Assembly: GCA_030654175.1 (NCBI GenBank)
Contig: JAURXZ010000030.1
Coordinates: forward strand, 588,502 to 652,501
Origin: Bacteroidia bacterium
GTDB lineage: Bacteria; Bacteroidota; Bacteroidia; 2-12-FULL-35-15
Length of the DNA stretch: 64,000 nt
Direction: 5' to 3'
A model generated the notes under the pieces. The model was not told the origin of the DNA. It did not search any database and saw nothing but the letters and a program-made list of their open reading frames with translations. Shown in pieces: positions 44,825 through 56,060 of this stretch. The first letter of the stretch is position 1. Every line of letters begins with the position of its first letter. The translations under genes and the position numbers were made by a program.

Positions 44825-47755
44825 TTACCTCACCAATGTTACAATCCCACTGTAATTGTGTTTTCTCTTATTAAAATCAACAATTTTAACAACATAAACA
44901 TAAACATCGGCCTGTGCGAGATCCGCACCCTGGTTTGCCTTTCCATTCCATGGGGTGTTAATGTCATCTGAAAAGAAGATCAAATTCCCCCAACGGTCAA
45001 ATATTGACATTTCATAGTTTAAAATAAAAATCCCTTTTCCTGTAAAACTATCATTTGTTCCGTCCCCATCGGGTGTAAAAGCATTTGGAATATAAAATAT
45101 AAAATCGGGTTCAATAATAACAGTCTGATAGGCTGTGTCAACACAATTATATTGAGTAGAAGTGATCAGTGTAATTATGTACGTGCCGGAATCTGCATAA
45201 ACATGGGTAGGGTTTAAGAACGAAGAAGAATCAATACTTGTATCTCCAAAATCCCATGTCCAATAATTAGCCCCTGTTGATAAATTTGTAATTGAAATTA
45301 ACGGATTTGTAATTGATGCTATTTCCGGCTGTACTGTAAAACCCGCATTAGGATTGGGGTAAACGGTGATATAATTATTTTTAGATAATATACTTGTGCA
45401 TCCGCTATCGGAAGTGACGGTTAAAGAAACATTGAAATAATTTACCGAGTATATGGAATCATTGGTGTAACAATTACTTGGAGTTTGCGAATTGCTTATC
45501 GGGCCGTTATTACCAAAGGTCCACAGCCACTGCGTATTTGAACCTGTGAGAATAGAAGATACGCTTTGAAAATTTACACACAAAGGTTCACATCCTATTG
45601 TATCATCTGCAGTAAAATTAACTATTGGATTAGGGTTAACGATGCTTAAATTAATGACAGAATCCTTGCAACCAAAAGTGGAAATAACCAATAACTGAAC
45701 AACAGAAAAACCGGCCCCGGAATAAAAGTGAGAACTATTCTGACTGTTGCTTAGCGGGCTGCCATCACCAAAATCCCATGTCCAGGATTGTATGGTATCA
45801 GTTGCTGGGATAGTTGACAGATCATAGAATTGAGCACTGCTTCCATTACAAACAGATGAGGTACTAAATTGTGCATCAGGAAGAGGATGCACTTTTACGC
45901 TTTTTGTTATTGTATCATTACAATTATTGTTATTTGTGACCACTAAAGTAACGCTATAGGTTCCCGGGACCGAATACGTATGGCTTGGATTCTGAATGGT
46001 GCTTAAGGGGCTGCCATCGCCAAAACTCCAGGATCTGCTTAAAATACTGCCACTGGAAACAGTTGATAGATCAGTGAAATTCATGGCCTGATTTAAACAA
46101 ACATTTATAAAATCAAAATCTGCAATGGCCGAAGGAAATACTGTAATACTATCTTGCAAGGTATCAGGGCAACCAAGATTGGATGAATAAGTAATCAGGC
46201 TAACCTGGTAAGTTCCCGAAACAGCGTATAAATGGCCGGGGCTCCATACCGAAGTATTAGGTGCAGAACCATCACCAAAATTCCATGACCAAGCGGCAAT
46301 ATTGCCCATAGTTGGGCTATTTGAGGTGTTTGTAAAATTCGCTGAATCCGACAAACAGGTATTGCTGAATGTGAATGCAGAGGTGGGCCTGTCAAAAACT
46401 TTTACCTGAGTATTGAATGCATTGGAACATCCATCAACAGTTGTTGTCACCAAAGTAACAGAGAACGTTCCTGAGCCCGAATAATAATGATCAGGATCTT
46501 GTAAACTACCTGTAGGTCCGCTATCACCAAACACCCATAAATAGGAAGCAATTGATGTGGAGTTATCAACAGAAGAGGTATTTATAAAATTCAACGTATC
46601 ACCCAGACAAATATCATTATGCGTAAAACCAACAGTTGGTTTAAAATAAACCTGAACAGATTTTGTAACCGTATCCATACAGCCATCACTGCTGTTTATC
46701 AATAATGAAACATTGTAAGTTCCAGGGTTAGCATAAGTGTGACTAGGGTTTTGAGTGGTATTGACAGGACTTCCATCCCCAAAATTCCAGGCCCAGCCAA
46801 TAATACTGCCGGAAGATGCCGTTGAATTATCTGTAAATACAGTAGCATTTCCAAGGCAAACGCTGGTTGATGAAAAATCAGGAACAATATCTACCAGGTT
46901 AAATGTGATGGTATCATATAATGACCCGCCAATTGTCAGGAAAGCTTGAATACTTATGGTTTGTGAAGTGGTGGCGCCTAAGGAATAAGATACATTTGCC
47001 TGCCATGTGGAGTCGGTAAGAATCGCAGCATGCATAGGAGAACCATTAAATGCACCTGTTAAAACAATAGAATCTGCCGGGCAGGCAGTAGTTCCCTGGA
47101 TATTCTGGCTGCAGGAAATATCTGCGCTCACCGTTGCATCCACTGTAGGTGAATTAGTTTCCAAAGGACCTAAATTATCCATACTAATGTTAACATAGCC
47201 ACTGCATGAAGAGATCCAGTAGGGGCGGAATGAAACAAAACACCAGTTAGAAGTCGGAGTCAATGTTACCGTATAAGTTTGCCAGGTGGTACTAGTGATC
47301 GGCCCTGACTGCCATAATACTTCACTTGCTGCGCATAATCCATTCGAACCTAATATTTCCAGGGAACTGTAGCAATCGCCCGGCCCGGCAGTATTGTAGA
47401 CATCGCTATGTGCCAGGTCAACAGAAAAAGAATAAACTTGTCCGGCAGTCATACACGAACTAAGCGCCTGGCTCGACCCTTCATAATATCCTCCGGCAGA
47501 TGACCCTGATTGCAAAAAACTCACATATGAGTTACCATGGGAGGCTGGTTGAGTAAATCCCCAGGAACCGGGCTGAGTATCGGGAGTTCCGCCACAATTC
47601 ACCCATGGGCCGGGCTGACAGCCGGCACAAGAAGGACCTTCAAATGATGGATTGATAAAAGAAAGAGGAGGAGAAGGAGTTGTCCCGCATTGCGCAAATA
47701 AGTAATTTGAAGACAAACAAAATATGACGAATATAAATACTACTGTTTTTTTCAT
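44825..47755 (-). CDS. Cys-containing head + PKD repeats + T9SS type B CTD
   Basis: Signal peptide; NPSFEG..TPD.QPG head; PKD stalk; IPNAFTPDGDG CTD. Confidence 0.92.
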   Translation of the reverse strand: MKKTVVFIFVIFCLSSNYLFAQCGTTPSPPLSFINPSFEGPSCAGCQPGPWVNCGGTPDTQPGSWGFTQPASHGNSYVSFLQSGSSAGGYYEGSSQALSSCMTAGQVYSFSVDLAHSDVYNTAGPGDCYSSLEILGSNGLCAASEVLWQSGPITSTTWQTYTVTLTPTSNWCFVSFRPYWISSCSGYVNISMDNLGPLETNSPTVDATVSADISCSQNIQGTTACPADSIVLTGAFNGSPMHAAILTDSTWQANVSYSLGATTSQTISIQAFLTIGGSLYDTITFNLVDIVPDFSSTSVCLGNATVFTDNSTASSGSIIGWAWNFGDGSPVNTTQNPSHTYANPGTYNVSLLINSSDGCMDTVTKSVQVYFKPTVGFTHNDICLGDTLNFINTSSVDNSTSIASYLWVFGDSGPTGSLQDPDHYYSGSGTFSVTLVTTTVDGCSNAFNTQVKVFDRPTSAFTFSNTCLSDSANFTNTSNSPTMGNIAAWSWNFGDGSAPNTSVWSPGHLYAVSGTYQVSLITYSSNLGCPDTLQDSITVFPSAIADFDFINVCLNQAMNFTDLSTVSSGSILSRSWSFGDGSPLSTIQNPSHTYSVPGTYSVTLVVTNNNNCNDTITKSVKVHPLPDAQFSTSSVCNGSSAQFYDLSTIPATDTIQSWTWDFGDGSPLSNSQNSSHFYSGAGFSVVQLLVISTFGCKDSVINLSIVNPNPIVNFTADDTIGCEPLCVNFQSVSSILTGSNTQWLWTFGNNGPISNSQTPSNCYTNDSIYSVNYFNVSLTVTSDSGCTSILSKNNYITVYPNPNAGFTVQPEIASITNPLISITNLSTGANYWTWDFGDTSIDSSSFLNPTHVYADSGTYIITLITSTQYNCVDTAYQTVIIEPDFIFYIPNAFTPDGDGTNDSFTGKGIFILNYEMSIFDRWGNLIFFSDDINTPWNGKANQGADLAQADVYVYVVKIVDFNKRKHNYSGIVTLVR

Positions 47756-47769
47756 GAGAAGATGGCCTC

Positions 47770-50700
47770 CTACCTTACCAATGTAACAATACCCCTGTAA
47801 ACATGTTTGCTTCGGTTAAACCCTGTAATTTTAACAACATACACATATACATCTACCTGCGCTATTTCACTGCCGCCATTTATTTTTCCATCCCAGGGTT
47901 TACTGATATCATCGGAAAAGAAAATTAAATTACCCCAACGGTCAAAAATCGTCATCTCGTAGTCTTTAATAAAAATGCCCTGCCCGGAGAACGTTTCATT
48001 TATTCCATCCCCATCCGGTGTAAAAGCATTTGGAATATAAAATACGAAATCGGGTTCGATAATAATAGTTTGATACGCTGTATCAATACAGTTGAATTGA
48101 GTGGATGTAATTAACGTTATTGTATATGTTCCTGTATCAGGGTAGGTATGTGGCAGAGGACCTGACAAAGCAGAAGTGGCTGAACCATCACCAAAATTCC
48201 AGCTCCAAAAATCAGAACCGGCAGATAGATCAGAAATTGAAATAACAGGATCTGTAATAATTGCTGTTTTTGGCTGAACTGTAAAGCTCGCATTAGGATT
48301 AGGATATACTGTAATATAATTATTTTCAGATAAGCTACTAACACAGCCGCTATCTGAGGTGACCGTTAAAGTAACAGTATAAAAAGTTGCAGCAAAAACA
48401 GAATCATTGATGTAACAATGGTCAAAAGATTGTGAATTGCTGATGGAATTTCCATCACCAAGATCCCATGCCCATTTTATATTCAAACCTGATAGTATGG
48501 TTGAAGAATTTAGAAAAGAAATACACAAAGGTTCACAACCAATGGTATCGTTTGCAGCAAAATTTACAACAGGATTAGGATTAATAATACTTGTTTTTGT
48601 TATTGAATCCTTACAACCAAAATTTGAAACGACAAACAATTCCACCGGGTAAGAGCCGGCACCAGGAAAAAGATGGGAGGAGTTTTGATTATTATAAACA
48701 GGGCTGCCATCGCCAAAGTTCCACGACCAGGATTGTAATGTATCAGTGGCAAGGATAGTAGACACGTCATTGAATTGAACAATACTTCCGTCACAAACAT
48801 TTGAAAAGCTGAATTTCGCAACAGGCAAAGCGTGCACTACCACACTCTTTGAAATACTGTTATTACAGCCATTGTTGGTTTTTACAATGAGCAAAACAGT
48901 ATAGGTTCCCGGAATTGCATAAACATGATTTGGATTTTGAATGATACTTATTGGAGTTCCATCACCAAAATTCCAGGACCAGCCAGCATTGCTTCCACTT
49001 GAAACAGTTGATTGATCATTAAAAAATATGGCTTCATTTAAACACACATTGGTAAAACCAAAATTGGCAACTGGCATAGGAAACACTGTAACTGAATCAT
49101 GCAGCGTATCCGGACAACCGAGATTGGATGAATAAGTAATCAATGTTGTTTGGTAATTTCCGGGAACGGCATACAAATGGTGAGGATTCCATACCGTTGT
49201 GTTTAAAGCAGAACCATCACCAAAATTCCACGACCAGCTTGCTGTGCTACCCATTGCAGGACTAAGAGAAGTATTTGTAAATACCGCAGAATCTAATAAA
49301 CAGGTATTGTTTACGGTATAAACGGAGGTTGGGGGATCAAATGTGTTTACCAACAACGTATCTGCCTTAGAACACAGATCAGTAGTTGTGGTTACTAATA
49401 TAACGCTGTATGTTCCGGCAGCAGAATAATAATGATTTGGATTCTGTAAACTGCTTGTAGGGCTCAAATCCCCAAACTTCCATAAATAAGATCCTATCGC
49501 GGTTGAGTTGTCAACCGAGGAGGTATTGGTAAAATATACCGTATCTTTTAAACACACATCATTAGAGGTGAAACTTGCTACCGGATTGTAATAAACCTGC
49601 ACCGATTTTATAATTGTATCAGCACAACCAAAATTGGTGGTGATTATTAAAGTAACAACATAGTTTCCCGGATTTGGGAAGATGTAAGAAGGGCTTGGAC
49701 TATTATTTACAGGGCTGCCATCCCCGAAATCCCAAACCCAGGAGCTGATGGTTCCCGAAGTAGTAGTGGAACTATCCGTAAATTGTGTGGCACTACCATA
49801 ACATTCCTTCGTATAACCGAAAGCGGCACTGGGATTTAAGTTTCTGGTGATAACAATACTTATGGTATCCCTGCAAGAGTCGGCATCCACAACAGTGGCC
49901 AGATAAACCCCTGCTGCTAAGCCTGTGGCAGTGGGACCATATTGAACAGGAGTGGTATTCCAGTAGAATACATAAGGCCCAGTACCACCAAACGCAGTTA
50001 CAGTTGCAGAGCCATTAAGTGCATATGGACAACTTTCATTACTAACAACACCAGGTGAAACCACACCAATTACTCCGGGTTCAATTACCAACGGTGGAAT
50101 TAAACTAATTATAATGGAATCCTGGTAGGCACGGCAAAATGGATCTGTTACAGTATACGTATATGTTCCCGGAGATAAATTGCCAATACTATCAGTTGTT
50201 TGTCCGCCAGGCTGCCATATATAACTATAAGGGGCGATGCCTCCAGTTACCAGAACGCTTGAAGTACCACCATCACAGTCGGCATTTGTTGAAGTTACAG
50301 TAACACTTAATGGTGGCGGTGCTGCACATGAAATGCTAAAACTGCCTAAAAATCCACTTCCACAGGCAAGCAGGTCGCCACTGGATCCTAACATTATATC
50401 GTAAACCGGTCCGGGTGTAGGTATAGTTTCCATATACGTAAGTGCCGAATCGAATTTCACAATACTGTTTGTAGTACCTGCATAAACGTTACCGCATGGA
50501 TCGGTAGATAATCCGCTGCACTGGTAATTAACACCGTTTGGCACTGTTACAGTGTTTATATGGGTTAATGTGCTTTTATTAAATCTTCGAAGGGTAATTC
50601 CATCATATATATAAACATACGGTCCCTGAATAAGCGTACCGTTAAAGCCTTGAAAAACACTTGGAGAGTAGGCAGGATTGAGTGCATACCCGGTACCGGA

Positions 50701-52134
50701 ATAAATTAAAGCGAGCCCGCTGGGTACAACCCCTCCGGGAGTAAAATCCGCATTTGTTTTGCGGAGTTCAGCCGATGGTAAATGCAGAGAATACATATCT
50801 CCATTACAGTCCGTGGCAATTGACCTTGTTTCCTGGTTATATGCGATCTGGTCGCTAACTGCTCCGGTAGCCATGTCGAGCCGGGCAAGGTTATTCCCAC
50901 CGGGATTAACAAAATAACCGCATACTGCAAGAACGGTCTTAGAATAATTAAATGCCAGGCGCCATTCTTCACACAAACCTCCCTGCGACCAAACCTGAAT
51001 ACCTGCAGGATCGAGCTTTTGCCGCTTACCGGAGCAATATCCACCTATAATGTATGTATTACCGGGATTATCAACAGCAATGTCACCCAAAAAAACAGAA
51101 TAGGTAACATAGCTCCACTGCAGCGTTCCTGTAGAGTTATATTTTTCTATGTGGTAATTAGACTGATTGCCATGAATAAATATGTTACCAACAGAATCTT
51201 CCTGAATGTCGAATGCACGATTTAAAGAAGGGTAAGTGGTGGGAGTTAGCCAGGGATCGATGACAATCCCTTCGGAGGAAGAAATGGTTGAGGATGCAAA
51301 TTTTAATTCTACTTTATTTCCATTAACGCTAAATTTTACCGGGATATCCTTGTGTGAAGATGCAGTAAAAGCATTCGGAGCATGGTCGAGAAGCTGCCAT
51401 TCGGAATTTAAACTTTGTGGAGCAAATTTACTTTTGAGATGAAGGTCTCCTTTTTCATCGGTGCTTATTGAATCTAATCCATCCCATTGAAAGGAGATAA
51501 GCGGAAGAGTCACATTGGGCTTCACAATAAATTTATATTTCAGCCCACCTTCTTCGGGCAATTCAAATTCCGCATCCACACCGGGATAAAGATCGATGTA
51601 CTTAATTTTTTTGTAGGCAGGAACAAAATTGTAAAAAGTTTTGTCATCAAATCCGCCATAAAAGTTACTGTAATTATAGTAGTTAGAAACTTTTTGTTCC
51701 GCAACTAATTCTATTGAAGGGCTTGAACTCACCCATTTCATAGTAGCAGTATGCCAGATGGTTTCCACGCTTCTTTCTTCGGGCTCTTTACCAACCTTAA
51801 CTCTATCTTTTTCTTCAATATTTCTTCTTTCAGGAAATTGAAAAACAATGCCATGTGCAGTGAAATAAGCATTAAATTCTTCGTTTTCCACACCATAAAG
51901 GATAGGCTCGGTAAAAGCCATTTTTGTTTCCCTGGCATTTTTGGTGAACTGCCCCTGTTCTTTAATAAAAACCTTATCCTGAAGCGGTTTAATAAGAAGT
52001 TTTTTACCTTTTGTTTGTGCCATCATAAATGGCTGGAAACCGGAAATAAGCAGAAAAACAAATACACATCTTCTCACACCCCTCCATTGGAGATTGAAAC
52101 GACTGTTGTTATATTTAACTTTTAAACTTTTCAT
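47770..52134 (-). CDS. Large T9SS type B protein: N-terminal domain, beta-propeller, SprB-like repeats, PKD stalk
   Basis: FIKEQGQF, YIDLYPGVD and VIDP head; GGIAPYSYIW and GGTGPYVFYW SprB-like repeats; PKD stalk and CTD. Confidence 0.92.
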   Translation of the reverse strand: MKSLKVKYNNSRFNLQWRGVRRCVFVFLLISGFQPFMMAQTKGKKLLIKPLQDKVFIKEQGQFTKNARETKMAFTEPILYGVENEEFNAYFTAHGIVFQFPERRNIEEKDRVKVGKEPEERSVETIWHTATMKWVSSSPSIELVAEQKVSNYYNYSNFYGGFDDKTFYNFVPAYKKIKYIDLYPGVDAEFELPEEGGLKYKFIVKPNVTLPLISFQWDGLDSISTDEKGDLHLKSKFAPQSLNSEWQLLDHAPNAFTASSHKDIPVKFSVNGNKVELKFASSTISSSEGIVIDPWLTPTTYPSLNRAFDIQEDSVGNIFIHGNQSNYHIEKYNSTGTLQWSYVTYSVFLGDIAVDNPGNTYIIGGYCSGKRQKLDPAGIQVWSQGGLCEEWRLAFNYSKTVLAVCGYFVNPGGNNLARLDMATGAVSDQIAYNQETRSIATDCNGDMYSLHLPSAELRKTNADFTPGGVVPSGLALIYSGTGYALNPAYSPSVFQGFNGTLIQGPYVYIYDGITLRRFNKSTLTHINTVTVPNGVNYQCSGLSTDPCGNVYAGTTNSIVKFDSALTYMETIPTPGPVYDIMLGSSGDLLACGSGFLGSFSISCAAPPPLSVTVTSTNADCDGGTSSVLVTGGIAPYSYIWQPGGQTTDSIGNLSPGTYTYTVTDPFCRAYQDSIIISLIPPLVIEPGVIGVVSPGVVSNESCPYALNGSATVTAFGGTGPYVFYWNTTPVQYGPTATGLAAGVYLATVVDADSCRDTISIVITRNLNPSAAFGYTKECYGSATQFTDSSTTTSGTISSWVWDFGDGSPVNNSPSPSYIFPNPGNYVVTLIITTNFGCADTIIKSVQVYYNPVASFTSNDVCLKDTVYFTNTSSVDNSTAIGSYLWKFGDLSPTSSLQNPNHYYSAAGTYSVILVTTTTDLCSKADTLLVNTFDPPTSVYTVNNTCLLDSAVFTNTSLSPAMGSTASWSWNFGDGSALNTTVWNPHHLYAVPGNYQTTLITYSSNLGCPDTLHDSVTVFPMPVANFGFTNVCLNEAIFFNDQSTVSSGSNAGWSWNFGDGTPISIIQNPNHVYAIPGTYTVLLIVKTNNGCNNSISKSVVVHALPVAKFSFSNVCDGSIVQFNDVSTILATDTLQSWSWNFGDGSPVYNNQNSSHLFPGAGSYPVELFVVSNFGCKDSITKTSIINPNPVVNFAANDTIGCEPLCISFLNSSTILSGLNIKWAWDLGDGNSISNSQSFDHCYINDSVFAATFYTVTLTVTSDSGCVSSLSENNYITVYPNPNASFTVQPKTAIITDPVISISDLSAGSDFWSWNFGDGSATSALSGPLPHTYPDTGTYTITLITSTQFNCIDTAYQTIIIEPDFVFYIPNAFTPDGDGINETFSGQGIFIKDYEMTIFDRWGNLIFFSDDISKPWDGKINGGSEIAQVDVYVYVVKITGFNRSKHVYRGIVTLVR

Positions 52135-52239
52135 TTATTTTTTTAATTCCTTTTCGCATTTCGCGTCCTCCTTTTGAGAGTGTGGGGCAAACAGCGAGTT
52201 TCCGTTTGAACAAATGCGTGTGTGAAGCGAGAGAGGCTT

Positions 52240-55233
52240 TTACTTCACAAGTGTTACAATTCCTTTATAACTGTGGTTTTTATTTTTTAAATCTTTAATC
52301 TCTATCACATAAACATATACATCCTGCAATGCTATATCAGATCCGCGGTTTGCTTTACCATTCCAGGATTTGTTAATATCATCGGAAACGAAGATCGAAT
52401 TCCCCCAACGATCAAATATAGTCATTTTAAATTCTTTTATAAATAGACCTTTCCCCATAAAAGTATCATTCATACCATCACCATCCGGTGAAAAAGAGTT
52501 TGGAATATAAAATACAAATTCAGGATCAATAATGATGGTTTTATAAGCAGTATCTGCACAACCGTATTGAGTGGAAGTGATCAACGTTATGAGATAGGTA
52601 CCGGTATCTGAATAGGTATGAGGAATTGGAAGGCTTGTGGTGAGCGCAGCCGAACCATCACCAAAATCCCAAATCCAATTATCTGCTCCAATGGACAGGT
52701 CTTTAATTGAAATGACAGGATCAATAATAGTTGTTGTGGTTGGGTCAACCGTAAAAATTGCCTCAGGATTTGGGTTTACGGTTATGTAATTACTTTTTGT
52801 AACGGTGGTAACACATCCACTATCCGAAGTTACTGTTAATGTAATATCAAATGTAAGAGGTGAATACACAGAATTGTTTATGTAGCAATGATTTGCATCC
52901 TGTGTACTACTTGTTGAACTTCCATCACCAAAATCCCATATCCGGGAAGCATTAGTCCCGGGGGAGGCAATGGTTGATAAATTTTGAAAATCCACACACA
53001 AGGGCTCACATCCAATTGTATCGCTGGCGGAAAATAATACTGTAGGGTTAGGATTAACAATAACTGTTTTTGTAATGGAATCAGGGCAACCGAAATCGGA
53101 AACAACCAACAGTTGAACTAAGTAAGATCCAGCAGCCGAATAAAGATGTGAAGCATTCTGACTGATGCTGACAGGGCTGCCATCCGCAAAATCCCATGCC
53201 CAGAGTTGTATCACATCATTGGTAGGATTAACGGGAATGGTTGAAGAATTATTAAACTGAACCGTGGTGCCATCGCAAACATTTAAAGAACTAAACAATG
53301 CGGTAGGTAATGGATGTACAACTACACTCTTTACTATTGTATCTTTACAACTGTTGTTGCTTGTTACAATTAATGTAACAGGATAAGTTCCAGAGCTCGC
53401 GTAAATATGACTGGGATCCTGAGCTGTACTTAGCGGAGTGCCATCACCAAAATTCCATGACCTGCCTGCAATACTTCCGGTTGAAACAGTAGATGCATCA
53501 TTGAAAATCATTGCCTGATTTAAACACACATCGGTAAAACTAAAATCAGAAACAGGCATTGGAAACACAGTAATGGAGTCTTTCAGGGTATCCGAACAAC
53601 CCAGATTTGATGAATATGTTATAAGGGTGACCTGATAATTGCCCGGAACTGTGTATAGGTAGCGTGGGTTCCATACCGTTGTATTTAATGCAGAGCCATC
53701 GCCATAATTCCACGACCAGCTTGCAATGGTACCCATTACCGGATTGATGGAGGTATTTGTAAATTTTGCGGAATCAAACAAACAAGTGTTACTAAATAAG
53801 AATGCAGATATTGGAGCATCAAAGGTTTTGACAATTGCACTTGCTGTATCCATACATCCATCGGCACTTGTAGCCAAAAGTAGAACAGGATAAGTTCCTG
53901 CAGAATAATAATGAGCAGGGCTCGCAATGCTGCCATTCGGGCTTCCATCACCAAATGACCATAAATAACTTGCTATTGAGGTTGAGTTATGAATTGTAGA
54001 TGAATTTAAAAAATTCATGGAATCGCCAAAGCAAACACTACTTTGACTGAAAGCCGCCACAGGATTATAATAAACCTGAACCGCCTGTATAACGGTATCA
54101 GAACAACCAACACTATTATTTTCAATTAATTTAACATTATAACTACCTGCATTTGCGTAGGTGTGGCTAGGGTTTATCGTAGTACTTACCGGACTGCTAT
54201 CACCGAAATCCCAGGATCTTGAAGTAAGAGTTCCGGTAGTATTGGTGGTATTGTTGGTAAATTGTGTTGCATTGCCATGGCATACAGTGGTATTGCTGAA
54301 AGCAGCATCCGGAGAACCATTGAATATTAATTGTACAAAACCATCTCCGCCTTTAGTGGAGCCATTCCCTCCATCTGCAACTCCGGGTGGGAGGTCCGGG
54401 TCGCTGCCATTGCCTGCAGTTTGGCCACTTCCATTGATGATAATTGTATTAATTCCTGAGGAAAAACTGTTTCCACCTCCACCACCACAAGCTCCGCAAT
54501 CGCAACCTGTTGCCACTCCGCCACCGGTACCGCCATCATATCCACCGCCACCGGCACCACCACCACCACCATCTCCACTTTTACTTGTTCCCTGACTTCC
54601 ATTTCCACTACCACTTCCCCCTGCCACGCCTGCGGATGAACAAGAGCCCGGTGATATATTTCCATTTTCTCCGCCACCACCGCCTATTGCTCCGCTGCTA
54701 TGCTGTCCACCTCCACTTCCACCACCTCCGGCACCTGCAACCAACAATGCTGTAGCGCCATTAAAAATAGCCGAGGCACCACCACCACCACCACCACCAC
54801 CGGAACAGCCTGAGCCGCCTGCATTACCACCAGATCCACCGCCAACAACACCATTACCCCAGCCACCTGTTCCACCGGGTGCATTTCCTGCACATTGCCC
54901 TCCGGGTCCCGCTCCCCCTCCAACTATTATCGTTAATATTTGCCCCGCTGTAACAGCGATATCGCTTTTTACATAAGCTCCGCCACCACCAACAGCACCT
55001 TGGTAACTGTCATTACCACCACCACTTCCTCCGGCAGCCCAGGCCTTAACATGGATGGTATCCACACAAAAAGGTACGGTAAAGGTTTGAACAGCACCAG
55101 TATAAGAAAATGATTGAGTTACCTGTGAATTACCTGTAAAGGAGAAAATAAATGACAACACAAAAACAGCTATCATATGCTGAAATTGTGGGAAATGGAA
55201 AAACGCTTTTTTAGACCGTAAAAATTTGTTCAT
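52240..55233 (-). CDS. Gly-rich head + PKD repeats + T9SS type B CTD
   Basis: FSYTGAVQTFTVP..KAWAAGG Gly-rich domain; PKD stalk; IPNSFSPDGDG CTD. Confidence 0.92.
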   Translation of the reverse strand: MNKFLRSKKAFFHFPQFQHMIAVFVLSFIFSFTGNSQVTQSFSYTGAVQTFTVPFCVDTIHVKAWAAGGSGGGNDSYQGAVGGGGAYVKSDIAVTAGQILTIIVGGGAGPGGQCAGNAPGGTGGWGNGVVGGGSGGNAGGSGCSGGGGGGGGASAIFNGATALLVAGAGGGGSGGGQHSSGAIGGGGGENGNISPGSCSSAGVAGGSGSGNGSQGTSKSGDGGGGGAGGGGYDGGTGGGVATGCDCGACGGGGGNSFSSGINTIIINGSGQTAGNGSDPDLPPGVADGGNGSTKGGDGFVQLIFNGSPDAAFSNTTVCHGNATQFTNNTTNTTGTLTSRSWDFGDSSPVSTTINPSHTYANAGSYNVKLIENNSVGCSDTVIQAVQVYYNPVAAFSQSSVCFGDSMNFLNSSTIHNSTSIASYLWSFGDGSPNGSIASPAHYYSAGTYPVLLLATSADGCMDTASAIVKTFDAPISAFLFSNTCLFDSAKFTNTSINPVMGTIASWSWNYGDGSALNTTVWNPRYLYTVPGNYQVTLITYSSNLGCSDTLKDSITVFPMPVSDFSFTDVCLNQAMIFNDASTVSTGSIAGRSWNFGDGTPLSTAQDPSHIYASSGTYPVTLIVTSNNSCKDTIVKSVVVHPLPTALFSSLNVCDGTTVQFNNSSTIPVNPTNDVIQLWAWDFADGSPVSISQNASHLYSAAGSYLVQLLVVSDFGCPDSITKTVIVNPNPTVLFSASDTIGCEPLCVDFQNLSTIASPGTNASRIWDFGDGSSTSSTQDANHCYINNSVYSPLTFDITLTVTSDSGCVTTVTKSNYITVNPNPEAIFTVDPTTTTIIDPVISIKDLSIGADNWIWDFGDGSAALTTSLPIPHTYSDTGTYLITLITSTQYGCADTAYKTIIIDPEFVFYIPNSFSPDGDGMNDTFMGKGLFIKEFKMTIFDRWGNSIFVSDDINKSWNGKANRGSDIALQDVYVYVIEIKDLKNKNHSYKGIVTLVK

Positions 55234-55463
55234 GATTGTTTTTTAAATTCGCCTCTTCCAAAATATTTTTTGTAACGCTAAACACCTAAACAAATTTAAC
55301 TGTTTTAACATTATAAAGATGCACATTTTGTTAGAAACGTTGCATCATTACTAAATAATTACGAGATGTGAATTTATGATCCTGGTTCAATTGTTAAAAA
55401 ATGAAGAACATGCCTAAATATGAGTAATTAAAAGCAATAAAAAGATGATGAAAATCAGGAAAT

Positions 55464-55967
55464 CTATTTGGCCTGTTTGTACAAGGGAACTGTGGAGCAA
55501 GCTTCGCCATACATGATGCTTTTTGCAACGGGGCGCAAAAGCCTGGCTATTTCAACGTATGCGGCTTTTGGAACGGGCAGGTGACCGCAACCTTTGATCA
55601 CGATACGGGCATCTTTATAATCGTTTATATTCAGTTTGCCAAGGATCTCACTATATAAAATCGTTTCAAGAATTTCAAGGTTCCCAAAAACAACTTTTTT
55701 TACATAAGGCTCTAATTGTGTTGCCAGCAGCATATATGCCCAGGTAGGAACAATGGCATCGGCAGAACAAATTAGGGCAACATATTTATTTTTGTATTTA
55801 GTCCAATCTTCATTTTTTACAAATTCACGAAAATCTTTTTCACGTAAAATCAATCCTTGAAAAAGCAAATCCTTAATATCAAATAATACACGCTCTCCCT
55901 GAGGATAAAACTCTTCAAGATCAATTGTGACAATACCACTTAGGGCTACTTTATTTATTATTTCCAT
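55464..55967 (-). CDS. DUF2480 family protein
   Basis: EIINKVA, DAIVPTWAYML, IKGC, MYGEACSTVP. Confidence 0.88.
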   Translation of the reverse strand: MEIINKVALSGIVTIDLEEFYPQGERVLFDIKDLLFQGLILREKDFREFVKNEDWTKYKNKYVALICSADAIVPTWAYMLLATQLEPYVKKVVFGNLEILETILYSEILGKLNINDYKDARIVIKGCGHLPVPKAAYVEIARLLRPVAKSIMYGEACSTVPLYKQAK

Positions 55968-55968
55968 A

Positions 55969-56057
55969 TAGATGTGAGATTTGAGACATTAGATTTGAGA
56001 TACCAGATGATCTGAAAACAATTTGTCTCAATTCTCATATCTAGCATCTCACATCTT
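55969..56057. repeat. Short-unit inverted-repeat intergenic element (TGAGAT/ATCTCA units)
   Basis: tagatgtgagatttgagacattagatttgagata...tgtctcaattctcatatctagcatctcacatct. Confidence 0.65.
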
Positions 56058-56060
56058 TCT

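Noticed and set aside
38315-55233. Diversity-generating retroelement or invertase shufflon acting on the PKD genes
   Set aside because: No reverse transcriptase or recombinase in the array, all genes co-oriented, and paralogue differences are not adenine-specific.
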